From Octopus bimaculoides (lineage: Eukaryota): a stretch of 64,000 nt of DNA. The translations under genes and the position numbers were made by a program. The DNA lies in the NCBI RefSeq assembly GCF_001194135.2, contig NC_069003.1, forward strand, positions 8,530,808 to 8,594,807. The letters run 5' to 3'. Each line of letters starts with the position of its first letter. The stretch's first letter is position 1. A model generated the notes under the pieces. That model saw nothing but the letters and a program-made list of their open reading frames with translations. It searched no databases and was not told the DNA's origin. Positions 50,513 through 64,000 of the stretch are shown piece after piece.

Positions 50513-53500
50513 CCAAATTTGCAGCAGAAAGGGACCGAACCCGTCACTGCTTTCTTACAAAGCAAATTGCATCACCGCAAGGCTATACTTGTTTTTCGAT
50601 AAGAATATTCTATTTTCCCTGTGCTTCGCCAATGTTTCTAACGTCTGCAATCAGCATCATTCGTGCGAACCCTTCCATTCTGATAAAACAACGTGGGCAA
50701 TCTTCAAATGCTGACGTATCCTGAACTGCAGGTGTTTCCGACTTTTCTCAAACGAATAAAAGCACGTGAGTAAAAAGTTAATTGACGTCTTAACATTAGC
50801 AGGTACTTGTTTTCAAAAAATGACATATGTTCAAATGAAAATCAGTCACTCTCTTGTTGTATGTGGATGCGTCTGCTTGTGTATGTACGTGCGTGTGTGT
50901 GTGTGTGAATGCGTCGCACGCGCGTGCGTGTGAATGCGCGTGGCTAAGTGGTTAGCGTATTCGGTTTACGATTGCAACGTCGTGAGTTCGATTCGCAGTG
51001 TTGCGTTGTGTTGTTTGAGTAAGAAATTTTAGTTCACGTTCCTCCCGTCCTCTCTGCAGCTGGCAATAATGAGTTCTCCCTGTATTTAGAAGGGCCGGCT
51101 TTGTTACGTTCTGTGTCACGCCGAAACTTTCTGAGAACTACGTTAATGGGGACGCATGTCTATGATATACTCAGCCACTTGTACGTTAATTACAAGAGCT
51201 GGTTGTTTCGTTGATCAGATCAACTGGATTCCTCGTCGTCGTAACCGACGGAGTGCCAGTGTGTGTGTATGTGTGTGTGTGTGCGTGTGTATGCGTGTGT
51301 GCGTGTTTTGGTTGGTGTATCTGACGGTGAATTGGCACGAAAAATAAAAGACAAACACAAACTTGTTATCTCTCCAAACATGCTTGGGGTCTATTCGAAC
51401 CCGTAAGAAAGCCTTTCACTGAGTTGTGAAGAAAATTTCTCGCTGTTGATCACGTGGTGTAAATACATCGAATCAGCTCGTTTCGCCACCTGATTACACT
51501 ATGGGATGCTTGCATTTCGGAGTAGTTATTCACTCTTCAGCAACAAAATTTAGACAAGGCGACGCTGCGAGCTGATGCGCTGACCACATCTCTCTTATGA
51601 TATTTCTGCCCTCATTCAATGACTGGTATCGTTACGCAATGGCTCATCGTAAATACGGACTTTAGCAACACCGAATTTAAAATTCAATTTCCTATCGTTG
51701 CTTCGAACTTATTGTATTTGATGGTATATTTGACAGACTTTTCTTTCCGTAAGACTATCTCAAAGAAGCAAACCCGCTCTGGGTCCTATAAGCGGAATTT
51801 CTCTTCTCATAAGCGAGTTATATCCCAAAATCTCAACACTATAGGCTAACTTTAAAAAACCTAGAGACAGTCTTCTTTTAACAACATACAGTAATGATTT
51901 CTGCTATGACTGAGGCATTTTTGTAATGTTTTGTAATATCCTGTTAGATAGCTTTAAATATTTCATGCTTTAATGCAAAAAAGATCTCTTTTTATTCTTA
52001 TTGAATATGCACATCTGAAATTAGGGTGTGTCAAACATGGCCCGTGGATCTTTCATGCTTTCACGTGCAGTATCTCTCCTTCAGGGATTGTACTTACAAC
52101 TATGCTCATGATCTATCGTATACAATATTTCTCTTTCTTTCTCTCTCTGTCTCTCTTTTCCATTTGCACATGCACAAACATATACGCATACACTAGATCG
52201 CTATTCCAAACAGTTACATTAACATACATGCACACACACGCGCATACTCTCTATCACACACACACATACACACACACACTCATACCTATATATTGAATAT
52301 GGAAATTCGTTATGGCGAAATGTCGACGTTTTCAACAATAAAATGAAACTATACAGGGATTTTGAAGCATATAATATCTTTAAGTAAATAACGTAGGCAT
52401 GCGATTAATCAATAGGAAACATTAGAATTGACGTATGATATAATATATATACATGCATACGCACACACATATGTATATATATATGAATTTATGAATGATA
52501 ATTACAATACACAATAAGGTCGAATCTCAGTGTCCCTGATGGCATGTTATCAATAAAGTTTATTGTTCCTATGAAGATATCAACAGATTTCTGGTTTAAA
52601 GTGACAACATATTACTGCGTGTGATATACAAAACTTAATGAATCATGCGAGAATATGTTTATGAAAGTCCAACCTCTCAGCTGATCTCACAGAGTTCACC
52701 CAAAGGAATTTGCGCTTGGTTTTCTTATCTGAGTGACATTTCTGTCAAACATGCTTTACAGCGCTTCTAAAGATGCGAATTATTCCATTTACAGTTCAAT
52801 GGTTAACGATTTTATTGTAAAGAATCGTCAGAGAAATATTATCGGGAATGTTTAGCACTACAAAATGGTGGGTAAGTTCTATAGCTCGAAACAATATTGG
52901 TTGTTCGGAACATGAATTAAGATTTTCAGCATGGTAAATTAGCTTGGCAAAGTAGATAACCCTCTTCAAACTATCATAGGATTTCACTTTCGGTGCTGCA
53001 GGAAATCAATCCGTTGTCAACATGTGTTAACAATGACGTGTTTTGCTTACAGCGATAATCTCAGCTTACACTGCAGCACTAATAAGAGCAGAGCTCTGGT
53101 AAAAGACATTTTTTAAAGCAGAATCTACTCATGTGTCACTTTTAATGTCTACGTTTTTTTTACATATTCAGAGTAAAGTCTAAGTTTATACACTATAGTT
53201 GTTTCGAAAGATATATTTTGTAAGAATTGAAAATTGGATAAAGGAAAGACTGAACATAATGTCCTCGTAACGACGCAAGTAAATTTCGGAATATTGGTAC
53301 GGACTTAAGATGTATTTATACATCGCGACAAAACACACACACACACGTGGTAGCAGTGCATGCAAGAAATAGCAGTTAAATCTTTCCTTTTCTGGGGAAA
53401 GGAGCCGTTTACGCGTGATTTCGATGTCACATACGTTGAAAGCATGCGAAATAACGTGGAAAAGAAAAATGACCCCACGAAACAAAATTCCGTTACTGGG

Positions 53501-54371
53501 AAAATCAGACTTTCCAAGTGACCCGACGAGTCACGGGTAGACTAGTATCCATGTGTTTAAATACTGACATACCGTCGGTTACGACGACGAGTGTTCCAAT
53601 TGATTTGATGAACAGAACAGCCTGCTAGTGAAATTAACGTAGAAGTGGCTGAGCACTCCACATACACACATACCCTTAGTGTGGTTCCCAGGAAGATCAA
53701 GCGTGGTACGGAATGGGACAAGGCTGGCCCTTTGAATTCCAGATACAATTCATTTTTCGCAGCTGATATATATCTAAATATTTTAGCGATATCCACATTA
53801 ATTAAAGGCAAAAATCTTAGTTGCTTTTTATCCCCAAGTGTGTGTGTGTGTGTGTGTGTGTGTATCTGTGTCTATGTGTGTGTGTGAGAGAGAGGGGGGA
53901 GAAAGATGTGTGCCACTTACACATATATGAGAACACACACGTTCACTCACACTTTTTATCCCCAAGTACATACAAGAGAGATATGTAATCAAGTACATTC
54001 CAGTCTTGGCCATCCTGTCTGAATTTTGATGACTAAATTATCCATTGTAACGTTCGGTATATTTTTGTGGGATGACTGAGTTGCGTTTATAATACGATAT
54101 GGTGGGATTTATAACATATTAACTTGTTGCTACGACTTGCAGATTAAACCGACCTCTCACAGTTTCAAACGGATGGTCACGGTTGGATTGAGGTCGTTTC
54201 TCCTGTCCATGATTCACTGTTTTTGGTTGAAAAGATCTGGCAATTACTGACCATGTGTAGCAGATATGATGTGCGCTCGTCCATTTTTATAGGTATTTGA
54301 ACCACATTAAGAAATAAACATTATAAAAAGACCACTGCTAATCAAAGAACAACGTGGAAATATCATTCTAT

Positions 54372-54755
54372 TGTTGTTGCCACTCCGTCGCTTACGACGT
54401 CGAGGGTTCCAGTCGATCCGATTAATGGAACAGCCTGCTCATGAAATTAACGTGCAAGTGGCTGAGCACTCCACAGACACGTGTACCCTTAACGTAGTTC
54501 TCGGGGATATTCAGCGTGACACAGTGTGACAAGGCTGACCTTTTGAATTACAGGCACAACAGAAACAGGAAGTAAGAGAGGAAGTTATGGTGGAAGAGTA
54601 CAACAGGGTTCGCCACCATCCCCAGCCGGAGCCAGCCTCGCGGAGCTTTAGGTGTTTTCGCTCAATAAACACTCACAACACCCTGTCTGGGAATCGAAAC
54701 CGCGATCCTATGACCGCGAGTCCGCTGCCCTAACCACTAGGCCATTGCGCCTCCA
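54372..54755 (-). mobile_element. SINE family C flanked by 69-bp direct repeats
   Basis: Full-length copy. Flanks 54303-54371 and 54756-54824 differ at 5 positions. Confidence 0.9.
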
Positions 54756-55399
54756 CACATTAAAAAATAAACATTATAAAAAGACCATTGCTAATCAAAG
54801 ATCAACGTTGAGATATCATTCTATAATAACATTTCTTTGGTGCCAATATATCTCAGTGGCTGGTTATATAGTTAAGCAAAAGATAAGGTGTAATACATAC
54901 GTACATGTCTAAAATAGCTTTCAACGGAAATATCTTCTGCTTTTTTACACGATCCCTTAGGGGAGGTCTATATGCAATTTAAAACGGCACACTTTGCACT
55001 GGAACAAATCATTTCGATAGTTTATGGTGTTTGTATATTTTGGAGTAAAATACATTAGAAAATTTATGGGGGATCCTCTGAGTTGTAGTTTTATTTTTAT
55101 GCTGATGTACGCCTTTTTCTTAATATTAAACTTTATGATGGGGAATCTTTGTACTTCGATTTATATAACGCAGAGAACGATGTTACATTTTTGTCCCTTC
55201 ATAGTCGATATAAATTTATCTGAAGTCTCATTAAAAGAAACCTGCTGTTATTACAAACATACACTCAAACTCGACTCACTTCTCTCTCTCTCTCACTCAC
55301 ACTCACACGCACACACATATATACACATGCACATTTAAAAAACAATCACCACATACTCATGTGTGTGTGAGTGTGTGTGTATGTAAGTATATAAATGCA

Positions 55400-55439
<40 letters not shown>

Positions 55440-55596
55440 TGTACATATATATATTTATAGATATAAGTAAATATATGTATGAATATATATATATAAACAC
55501 ATATGTATGAATATATATACATATATATATAAACATATGTATATACACCCATACACCCCCCACACAGAAATAGAGAGGAGTAAGGATACATATATG

Positions 55597-55624
<28 letters not shown>

Positions 55625-55628
<4 letters not shown>

Positions 55629-55680
55629 GGCGGTGCCCCAGCATGGCCACAGCTCATGAGCTGAAACTAAATAAAATAAT
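55625..55680 (+). mobile_element. Extremely 5'-truncated LINE 3' tail
   Basis: aatggcggtgccccagcatggccacagctcatgagctgaaactaaataaaata, homologous to the tail at 43575-43620. Confidence 0.6.
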
Positions 55681-56121
55681 ATATATATATGTTTCTAGGT
55701 ATATACAACATATACATGGATTGTATGGTTTTACACACACACACAGACGTATATACACATATACATACATATATATATAGATATATATGTGTATGTGCGT
55801 GTGTTCAATGTACATATATGTATGTGAATACATATGCATACTAACATTTAAATGGGAATAAGAGGGAAAAAAATAGGTTTCTCTGGACTTAAAGTAGCGA
55901 TACATAGTTTAATGTGTGGTGAAACTTCGAAAAATCATTTTTTAATATATCCGATCTGCCGGAACGTCCGAATATCGGATACAGGGAGCCCAACGTTATG
56001 CTTAGTTAAATTCCAGCTTCTAATAAAGATATATACGTGAATACATTCTAAAACGATACCTTTGTCATATATATATATATATATATATATATGGATGTGT
56101 GTGTCTGCGCGCGCGCGTGTA

Positions 56122-56171
<50 letters not shown>

Positions 56172-56285
56172 TATAAATTTGTGCACAAACATATATGCAT
56201 ATATATATATACATACACACACACACATATCTATATATATATCTATATATATATCTATATATATATCTATATATANNNNNNNNNN

Positions 56286-56326
<41 letters not shown>

Positions 56327-56487
56327 TGCATATAGGCGTATATTTGTATAAGCATATACACAAATACACAAACATACACAAACATACAAACAAATATACA
56401 CATATAGACATGTCTATCTGCTTTCTTCAGATTATATATTCACATGCGTATAGAGGTACATACATACTCGTAATCATGTTCGTACAT

Positions 56488-56700
56488 TACATGCTTATAC
56501 ATACATGCACAGACGCACACACACACACACACATATATAAATGTGTCTGTAAAGTGTGTATATATATAAATGTATATATATATATATATCGATCTATCGC
56601 TGTATACACACATGTATATATATATATATGTATATATATACACACATTTACAGACACATTTATATATATGTGTGTCTGTGCATGTATGTATAAGCATGTA
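56488..56700. repeat. ~210-bp inverted repeat (foldback)
   Basis: The left arm tacatgcttatacatacatgcacagac...aaatgtgtctgtaaa.gtgtgtata is the reverse complement of the right arm ending gtctgtgcatgtatgtataagcatgta. Confidence 0.85.
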
Positions 56701-59184
56701 TAAGCATTGATTCATATATATCTACGCACACACGCTACGTACACAAGATTCAAATGTATGTATGCTCTTCAGCTACAAAATTGCCTTGGCGTCTAGTAAA
56801 AATAATAAACATAAAAAAAATTCCCCAGTTAAATTTCCATACATAAAATGGAAAGTAAACAGCAAATGAAAATGTTAATGTTTAACAGTGATCAAGGCAA
56901 ATTACTTCGTATTTATATGAATGAAGCAATATCTAGAATGACTTAGCCGTGTAAAGAGAGCGCCTTATTGATTTGCATCACATTGTTTAATGTTCACGTC
57001 TTTTTCTGTTAATTTATTTCTTTAATTTGTTTACTTTTCTTTCTGTTTCTATTCGGCGATATTTTATTTGAAGCCGAGAACTGTACGAAAGGTGGATTGT
57101 CCTACTGAATAAATCACTTTTAAAGCTGCTAACATAAACAGCATTTATATCAACCGAACCAGAAATAGTTTCCTGCCTTGGTAATTTTTGCATATTACGC
57201 AACAGCATTTTTACTAATGGATTTGTGCAAGCTGATATCGTAAGCATTAGGTTTAAGCCGCAATGTGAGCTGCCAAGAGGTTTGTAAATACATGGTGAGT
57301 GCTGATGATCGAACAACCCAAGTGAAACAGTTTCAATTCCTAGTCAAGGCACCGTCACTTCGATTCAATGATGAATTCCAATGAGCAATATAACTTTCCT
57401 ATATATNNNNNNNNNNNNNNNNNNNNNNNNNNNNNNNNNNNNNNNNNNNNNNNNNNNNNNNNNNNNNNNNNNNNNNNNNNNNNNNNNNNNNNNNNNNNNN
57501 NNNNNNNNNNNNNNNNNNNNNNNNNNNNNNNNNNNNNNNNNNNNNNNNNNNNNNNNNNNNNNNNNNNNNNNNNNNNNNNNNNNNNNNNNNNNNNNNNNNN
57601 NNNNNNNNNNNNNNNNNNNNNNNNNNNNNNNNNNNNNNNNNNNNNNNNNNNNNNNNNNNNNNNNNNNNNNNNNNNNNNNNNNNNNNNNNNNNNNNNNNNN
57701 NAGTGAGAGAGAGAGAGAAAGAGAGGGGGGAGTCAGTCCTCTCTCGCAGTTTACGAGCGCGCATTTTTTTCATATTCGTTTACTACATGTTGTTTTATAC
57801 CTATTACGCTATTTTTCTCTTTTTTTTGCTCGGGTCAAACCCTTTATTTCGACCAAATAAATTATGTTAATAGTTATCCAAGTTCATTCCCACTGCATTG
57901 TGTTAAATACTCATGCAGAGAAAAATCAAAATGCCCATTGATAAACTTCTGTTTGACTACAAACCTTGTATATAAAAGATGCCCAAGATGCCACGCAGTA
58001 GGAATGAACCCGGAACCATGTGGTTGGTAGGCAAGCTACTTACCACACAGCCACTCCTGCGCCTAACTGTTAACGTAATTGACTTTATTAGCTTTAACCT
58101 CTCCATTCTTATAAACACCAAGTAGTTATTTAACTCACTCTGTGATTGTCAGAGCACAAAACCACACGTGTGTATGCTTACGTTTTTCTGGATGTTTGTA
58201 TGAGCGAGTGTACTCTCGCATAAGATTTGCAGAAGAAATATTACCGGTCACTGGAACCTTGTGTGGTGACCGAGAGAGTGGCAAAAGTGTTCTGCAAGCT
58301 TTTGTAATTTAAATCCTATGACATACTGCTGTTTCACTATAATATTGATCAGTTATGGTCTGACAAGATAAGGCAGTCATCATTTATGCATGTATTTTAA
58401 TAGCAGAGGTGTCAGTTATATTTATTTCATAGCTTTCCTGTGCATTGCATTGAAAAGTTTTTTAGTAACATCATATCGTGGAAGGAGACAGAACCCTGAT
58501 AACAGATTTGGGTAGCCGTTAATCCTTCACATGATTGACATTGGTGAGTGCATCTTGGGAATATAAGGGTTTCGCTACCCTCTTTGTTCATTAAATATTT
58601 CGTAGCTATTCCCGGATTTTTTGATTGTTTTGATTGCTAGAGCGTTGCTTTCTGTATGTGACGAGGTATACAGGCCGCGAGTGTTCAAGAGTGGCTACAC
58701 TTCATGGTAAAGATTTCAATTATCTCCATGTTTAGAGGTAACATATCAATGCTTAAACATTTCTTTTCGTGCGCAAGGCAGAATGTTTCCTTTCAGCTCG
58801 TCGCTGAGATATGCTAACCCTGCAACAGTGGAATAGAGTGTTGGTTGAGAAGGTCACTACTAAGCCGAAGAATGTTTATAATTTTTGTTTTTGAAAACTA
58901 CATATTACTCTCATGCGCACAATTGAGAACCAGCCAGGATTACGGTACGTTCGTATTCGTAGAGATAACGGCGAACAAACATTGCACTCTTGGTACCATT
59001 ACCAAATGATCATGGAAAAATCTTCTAGAGCAGACAAGCCAATTACGAGTGATTTTAAGAAGGGTTTTACCGATACAAAAATATAACTACTACTACTACA
59101 GCCGCTGCCACCACCACCACCACCACTACTAGTACTACTACTACTACTACTACTGCTGCAGCCACCACCACTACTACTACTAAT

Positions 59185-59552
59185 AATAATCCTTTCTACT
59201 AAAGGCACAAGGCCTGGTATTTTGGGGGAGGGGACTAAGCTACCTCATCGACCTCAATTTTTCACTGGTACTTAATATATCTACGCCGAAGAGATGAAAT
59301 GTAAAGTCGACCTCGGGAATAATAATAATAATAATAATAATAATCCTTTCTGCTAAAGGCACAAGACCTGAAGTTTTGGAGGAGGACACTAGTCGAAAAC
59401 ATCGACCCTAGTATTCCACTGGTACTTATCGACCCCGTAGGGATGAAAGGCTAAGTCGACACTTGGTGGCATTTGAACTCAGAATGTACGGTTAGAAGAA
59501 AAGCCGCTGAGTATTTTGTCCATTACGGTAACGGTTCTACCAGCTCGCTGTC
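59185..59552 (-). mobile_element. Two tandem SINE family A copies
   Basis: Both begin (AAT)n-cctttct.ctaaaggcacaag and carry the central domain. Confidence 0.85.
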
Positions 59553-59730
59553 TCTTTCTTTTTCTTTTCCATTTCTTTCTATCACATGACTTTAAAATAA
59601 ACACACCAGGTTGTTTATTCACAATGGCCGACCAATGTATACAGTGACTTTCTTTGCCCTTGGTATTGGGAAGACACTCGGCAAGAAATGGAAGCAAAAT
59701 TAATCTAAAAAAATAAAAAAAATAAATGCT

Positions 59731-60125
59731 CATAATAATATCAATAATAATAATTTATAAACTATGACCTAACTCTTCACGAACGTTCTTATTATTGCCT
59801 AACATAAATAATAATAATAATAATAATAGTAATAATAATAGTAATAATAATAATAATAATGAAAATAATAATAATAATAATAATAATATGGAAGATAATA
59901 ATAATATAATAATAAGAATATTGAAAATAATAATAATATGAAAATAATAATAATGAAAATAATAATAATAATAATAATAATATTGAAGATAATAATAATA
60001 ATAATATAATAATAATAATAAGAATATTGAAAATAATAATAATAATAATATAATAATAATAAGATTATTAATAATAATACTGATGATCATGATGATGGCG
60101 ACGATGATGATGATGATGATGATGA
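59731..60125. repeat. Long interrupted (AAT)n then (GAT)n microsatellite
   Basis: Seen directly. Confidence 0.95.
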
Positions 60126-60494
60126 TAGCACCGGCAAAGTGGCGAATGTCTTCGTTGGCAAACAGAAGCTGGAACACTTCTCAATGTAAAATAAATTATT
60201 TTGCCGTGAGGAAGGAGAGTTTAAAGATTGAATATTTGATAAGATTTCAATAAATAGTTTATCTGTTAAAACCTTTAACACATTGAGGCTGGAGAATCGT
60301 TTCAGTTCGTATTTGGCTTACAGCTGTGTGTTAGAAATTACTTAACACAATCACATCGTATCAGAAGAGTTTCACAGACAATAGAGACCCTCGTTATTGT
60401 TGCTTTAGTTTTCGATGTTAGACGGTGTACACAGATGGCGAAAAGATATTTATAAAGACCTAAAGAGATATTGTTATATTAATGAATATGTATT

Positions 60495-60714
60495 TAGACG
60501 TTCAGGTAGTTAGATAGATAAACGCTTAGATAGGTAGAGAGATGGATGAATAGGTAGATAGATGGCCAGACATACAGAAGTGAGAGGTTGATACATAGGT
60601 AGTCACACTGAGAGATAGAGAACATAGAGATAGACAGATGGCGAGATAGATAGATGGATAGACATACAGATAGACAGACGGATAGAGAGACAGACAGCTG
60701 GATAGGTAGGTTGG

Positions 60715-60745
<31 letters not shown>
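60495..60745. repeat. Degenerate (GATA)n-type microsatellite
   Basis: Seen directly. Confidence 0.9.
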
Positions 60746-60746
<1 letters not shown>

Positions 60747-60930
60747 CGTTGCACCTCATTTTTTCATTCTTGCATATTATCATTTTATTTTAATTTTTCT
60801 TCTACTATCATCATTCGCTTTTGTAATTTTTAGTTCCCCGATTTTATGTTTGTTGCGTTTTGTACTGTCTTTGTTTTGTGATGTCCTATAAAAACTCTTC
60901 GTATAGCCTATTTAGGGGAATAAAGAAATC

Positions 60931-61108
60931 GGTATTTCGTCTGTCTTTACGTTCTGAGTTCAAACTCCGCCGAGGTCGACTTTGCTTTTCATCGTTTCGG
61001 AGTCGATAAATTACGTACCAGTCGCGGACTGGAGTCGATCTAATCAGCTGGCACCCTCCTCAAAAGTTCCTGTGCTTGTGCCTAGAGTAGAAAGGAATAT
61101 TGGCCTTT
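60931..61108 (+). mobile_element. 5'-truncated SINE family A
   Basis: ttctgagttcaaactccgccgaggtcgactttgcttttcatcgtttcggagtcgataaat...cctagagtagaaagga. Confidence 0.85.
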
Positions 61109-61264
61109 CTAATTTTGGTACACGGCAAGTGATTTTAGGGGAATTCAATTGATCCCAGGGTTGAACTGATACTCGGTTTATGGAGCCCGGATGTCAAACT
61201 AGGTAGCATTTTAACTCGCAACGCAAATAGCTTGAAGGTTGACTCTGTCAGCTTGCCGTTTTAC

Positions 61265-61695
61265 TATCACCTCTAGTATAGGCACAACGCCTGAAAATTT
61301 TGGGAATTTTGGGGCAGGCGGCCAGTCAATTTCATCAACACCAGTATTCAACTGGTACATATTTTATCAACCCCCTAAAGGATGGAAGGCAAAGTCAACG
61401 TCGGTGGCATTTGAACTCAGAACGTAAAGACGGACGAAATGCCGGTAAGCATTTTCCCGGCGTGCTAACAATTATCGTTTCTACTCTAGGCACAAGGCCA
61501 GGAAAATTTTTTGTGGAGAAGGAGGCTAGTCGAACACATGGAACCCGTTGCGTAACTGGTACTTATTTCATCGACTCCGAAAGGATGAAATGTCAAGTCG
61601 ACCTCAGCGGAATTTGAACTCAGAACGTAGCGTCAGACGAAATACCGCTAAGCACTTTGCCCGGCGTGCTAACGATTCCGCCAAGCTCGCCGCAT
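61265..61695 (-). mobile_element. Two tandem SINE family A copies
   Basis: Two successive ctcta.ta.ggcacaa..cc..aaaattt...gaactcagaacgta units. Confidence 0.85.
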
Positions 61696-61746
61696 TCACG
61701 TAAGAAGAAATTCTGTACAGTGATATCGTCTGCACCAAACGCACAT

Positions 61747-61890
61747 ACTCTTTTACTTGTTTCAGTCATTTGATTGTGGTCATACTGGAGCACCGCCTTT
61801 AGTCGAGCAAATCGACCACAGGACTTATTCTATCGGTCTCTTTCGCAGCATCGGTTGTCAAGGAATTCTAGAGGAAGAAACACAGACGCG

Positions 61891-61945
<55 letters not shown>

Positions 61946-62129
61946 ATATATATATATATATATATATATATACGAGGGGCTTGTTTCAGTTTCCATTTAC
62001 CAAATCCACTCACGAGGTTTTGGTCGGCCTGAGGCTATAGCAGAAGACACTTGCCCAAGGTGCCACGCAGTGGGACTGAACCCGGAACCATGTGGTTCGT
62101 AAGCAAGCTACTTATCACACAGCCACTCC
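61747..62129 (-). mobile_element. SINE family B
   Basis: Near-consensus reverse-complement copy. Further partial B copies at about 14440-14615, 17015-17250, 21980-22130, 23745-23880, 25378-25500, 26060-26280, 32775-32930, 33660-33875, 42940-43160, 43660-43880, 44640-44740, 57975-58045 and 62455-62640. Confidence 0.9.
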
Positions 62130-62689
62130 GATGGTAATTGTTTAGGAAGTATTCGTTATTTTCTGTGTTTTAATTACACATCCCATTCTCACTTGATAAA
62201 TTTTGAAAACATTCATGCCTTATCTCTAAATCACAGAAGCTTCTCATGCTTTCGTGATGCAATTCATCATAACTTCCTTATCTATGTCGTCCTGTTGCAA
62301 TTGGTAATTGAACGTTGAAGAGGACGCGAAATTAACCCTTTCCTCGTCTGATACTCTTTGACAGTGCAGCATCAGTGGAATCTGCTGAATGACTAAATAA
62401 GCGAATTTATTTATTTATTTATTTAATTATTTATTCATTCATTTATTATATTTTCCTTCTTGCAGTCATTGGACTGCAGCCATGCTGAGGCACTGCCGTC
62501 AAGAAGTTAGTCGAATCGACTACAGTCATTATTTTTTCCATTCTGGTGCTTATTGTTTATTTTGTCGAACCACTAAGTTACAGGGAAGTAAACAAAACAA
62601 CACCGATCGCCAAGCGTTAAGGGGACAAGCACAGACACACACATACACAGTGTCATTCTACCATAACTCGACCTTGTTGGTCACGAATG

Positions 62690-63040
62690 ATCATGGGTGC
62701 ACCTAAGAGCTTCCCCTCCGGGGTACAAGTCTGGGTAGAAAGTTGCCTCACCGGCGAAAGCACAACCTAGGGTTGTTTTTATGGAAGACCAGCAATCACC
62801 CATGCTTAGCAGCCTCCCCTCTCCATGCCACCAGTGTTATCAAAGGAAAAGGCAAAGGGGCCAATACAGCTTCGCATCAGTGATGTTGCAACTCATTTCT
62901 ACAGCTGAGTGAACTGGAGCAACGTGAAATAAAGTGTCTTGCTCAAGAACACAACGCGAAGCCGGGTCCGGGAATCGAACTCATCACATCTTCACGATTG
63001 TAATTAGATCGACGCTCTAACCACTGAGCCATGCGCATTC
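62690..63040 (-). mobile_element. SINE family E (D-type head and central domain, different tail)
   Basis: Reverse complement of ccgggaatcgaactc..ctaaccactgagccatgcgc, then ttgagcaagacactttatttcacgttgctccag, with an unrelated tail. Relatives at 4010-4212(-), 36078-36298(-) and 48143-48420(+). Confidence 0.8.
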
Positions 63041-63930
63041 ACTCAGGTGGCAAAAATGAGTTGTATCTGTAATTCATGTGACACCCCAATATGTCGCGTG
63101 CCAGAAACCCTTTCATCCTGAAAAACAACTCCATTATAAAATTCCCATTAGGGACCCCTCTCCACTACCTTAACTCAAGCCAGTCAACCAACCAGCTAGC
63201 CATGTTGCCATATACCTACCCATCCCACCAGCCAGCGAACCAGCTCAACGAAACCTTTATGGCTTTACCAATACAAATATGTGATAACGACAATATAGAC
63301 AAATACATTGCATGAATACTCTTCGTTAATCGAAGAGTCTTCAGTTCGTTATATCATTACATGTGAGGCTTTAACAGGAAATGAGATATCAGTGATAAGC
63401 TTGTTTCTGTATATGAAACTATACCGCGTGAGCGACGTTAACAGGAAGGACAGAGAAATATATCACGTATTTTCTTATCTGTTTTGCAAATATATTGTAT
63501 CTTAATATATGTCATACAAGCAAGCTGCATATGTCGAGGTAACCTGAGAATACTCCACAAGCTATCGCACACAAAGCAGAAAATAGCAGCCAGAATTTCT
63601 TCAAGTCCCGCCAAATCATTTCAACAAAGCACCGCGTCTGTGTATGCACTTGTGCGTTTGGGTGAGTGTGTGTGTGCATCTTTTACTCGAAGGATTTTAG
63701 TCAAAGAAATGCTTATATTTTGTAAAGCCTGGTACTTATTAAGTCCTTCGCTTCTTGCCGAACTAGTAAAACATAAGAACGAAAACAAACGAGTATCGGT
63801 TATCAAGCAGTAATTGGAACACACAAACAAAAAAAATAGACACCCATATAAATAAGTACAAAGTCACACACACGCATTCACGTATGTACGTACATATATA
63901 AATATATGCATACAATATGTATATATACAT

Positions 63931-64000
<70 letters not shown>

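Noticed and set aside
51500-51545. Hammerhead-like CTGAAGA...GAAA on the minus strand
   Set aside because: Stem II does not pair beyond one base pair, U16.1 is missing, and stem I is mismatched.
53053-53098. Exon-like segment encoding IISAYTAALIRAEL, reminiscent of iGluR M3 (SYTANLAAF)
   Set aside because: It differs at the invariant N-L-A-A-F positions and there is no other receptor exon in the window.
57014-57316. 100-aa ORF with SACTNPLV, reminiscent of GPCR TM7
   Set aside because: It lacks the NPxxY tyrosine and upstream hydrophobic helices.
57300-57340. CTGATGA...GAAAC on the plus strand
   Set aside because: No stem II, stem I or NUH triplet.

Overview
AT-rich eukaryotic DNA, dense in microsatellites, with 18 N-gaps totalling about 4.5 kb. 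The tRNA-derived SINE families match my recollection of Octopus/cephalopod repeats; this is inference, no search was run. I could not confidently identify any intact host protein-coding gene, and nearly all ORFs in the supplied track are artefacts of microsatellites or N-runs. The window reads as intronic/intergenic DNA. It holds dozens of SINE copies from about 5 modular families and several degenerate retroelements: three restriction-like-endonuclease (R4/Dong/NeSL-type) LINE remnants, two RTE fragments, a CR1/L2-group 3' end, a Penelope-like (GIY-YIG) element and a Gypsy 3' end with its LTR. DNA elements include an internally deleted Merlin transposon and a Helitron-like end, plus tandem arrays. 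The most notable observation is five separate type-I hammerhead-ribozyme folds (10577-10624, 18600-18644, 20270-20306, 23001-23045, 38739-38784). All have palindromic stem III. One lies in the 3' UTR of the Penelope-like element and has a U3-A8 covariant core. One has a fully canonical core at the tip of a rod of about 40 bp and looks retrozyme-like. Coordinates of degenerate repeats are approximate.
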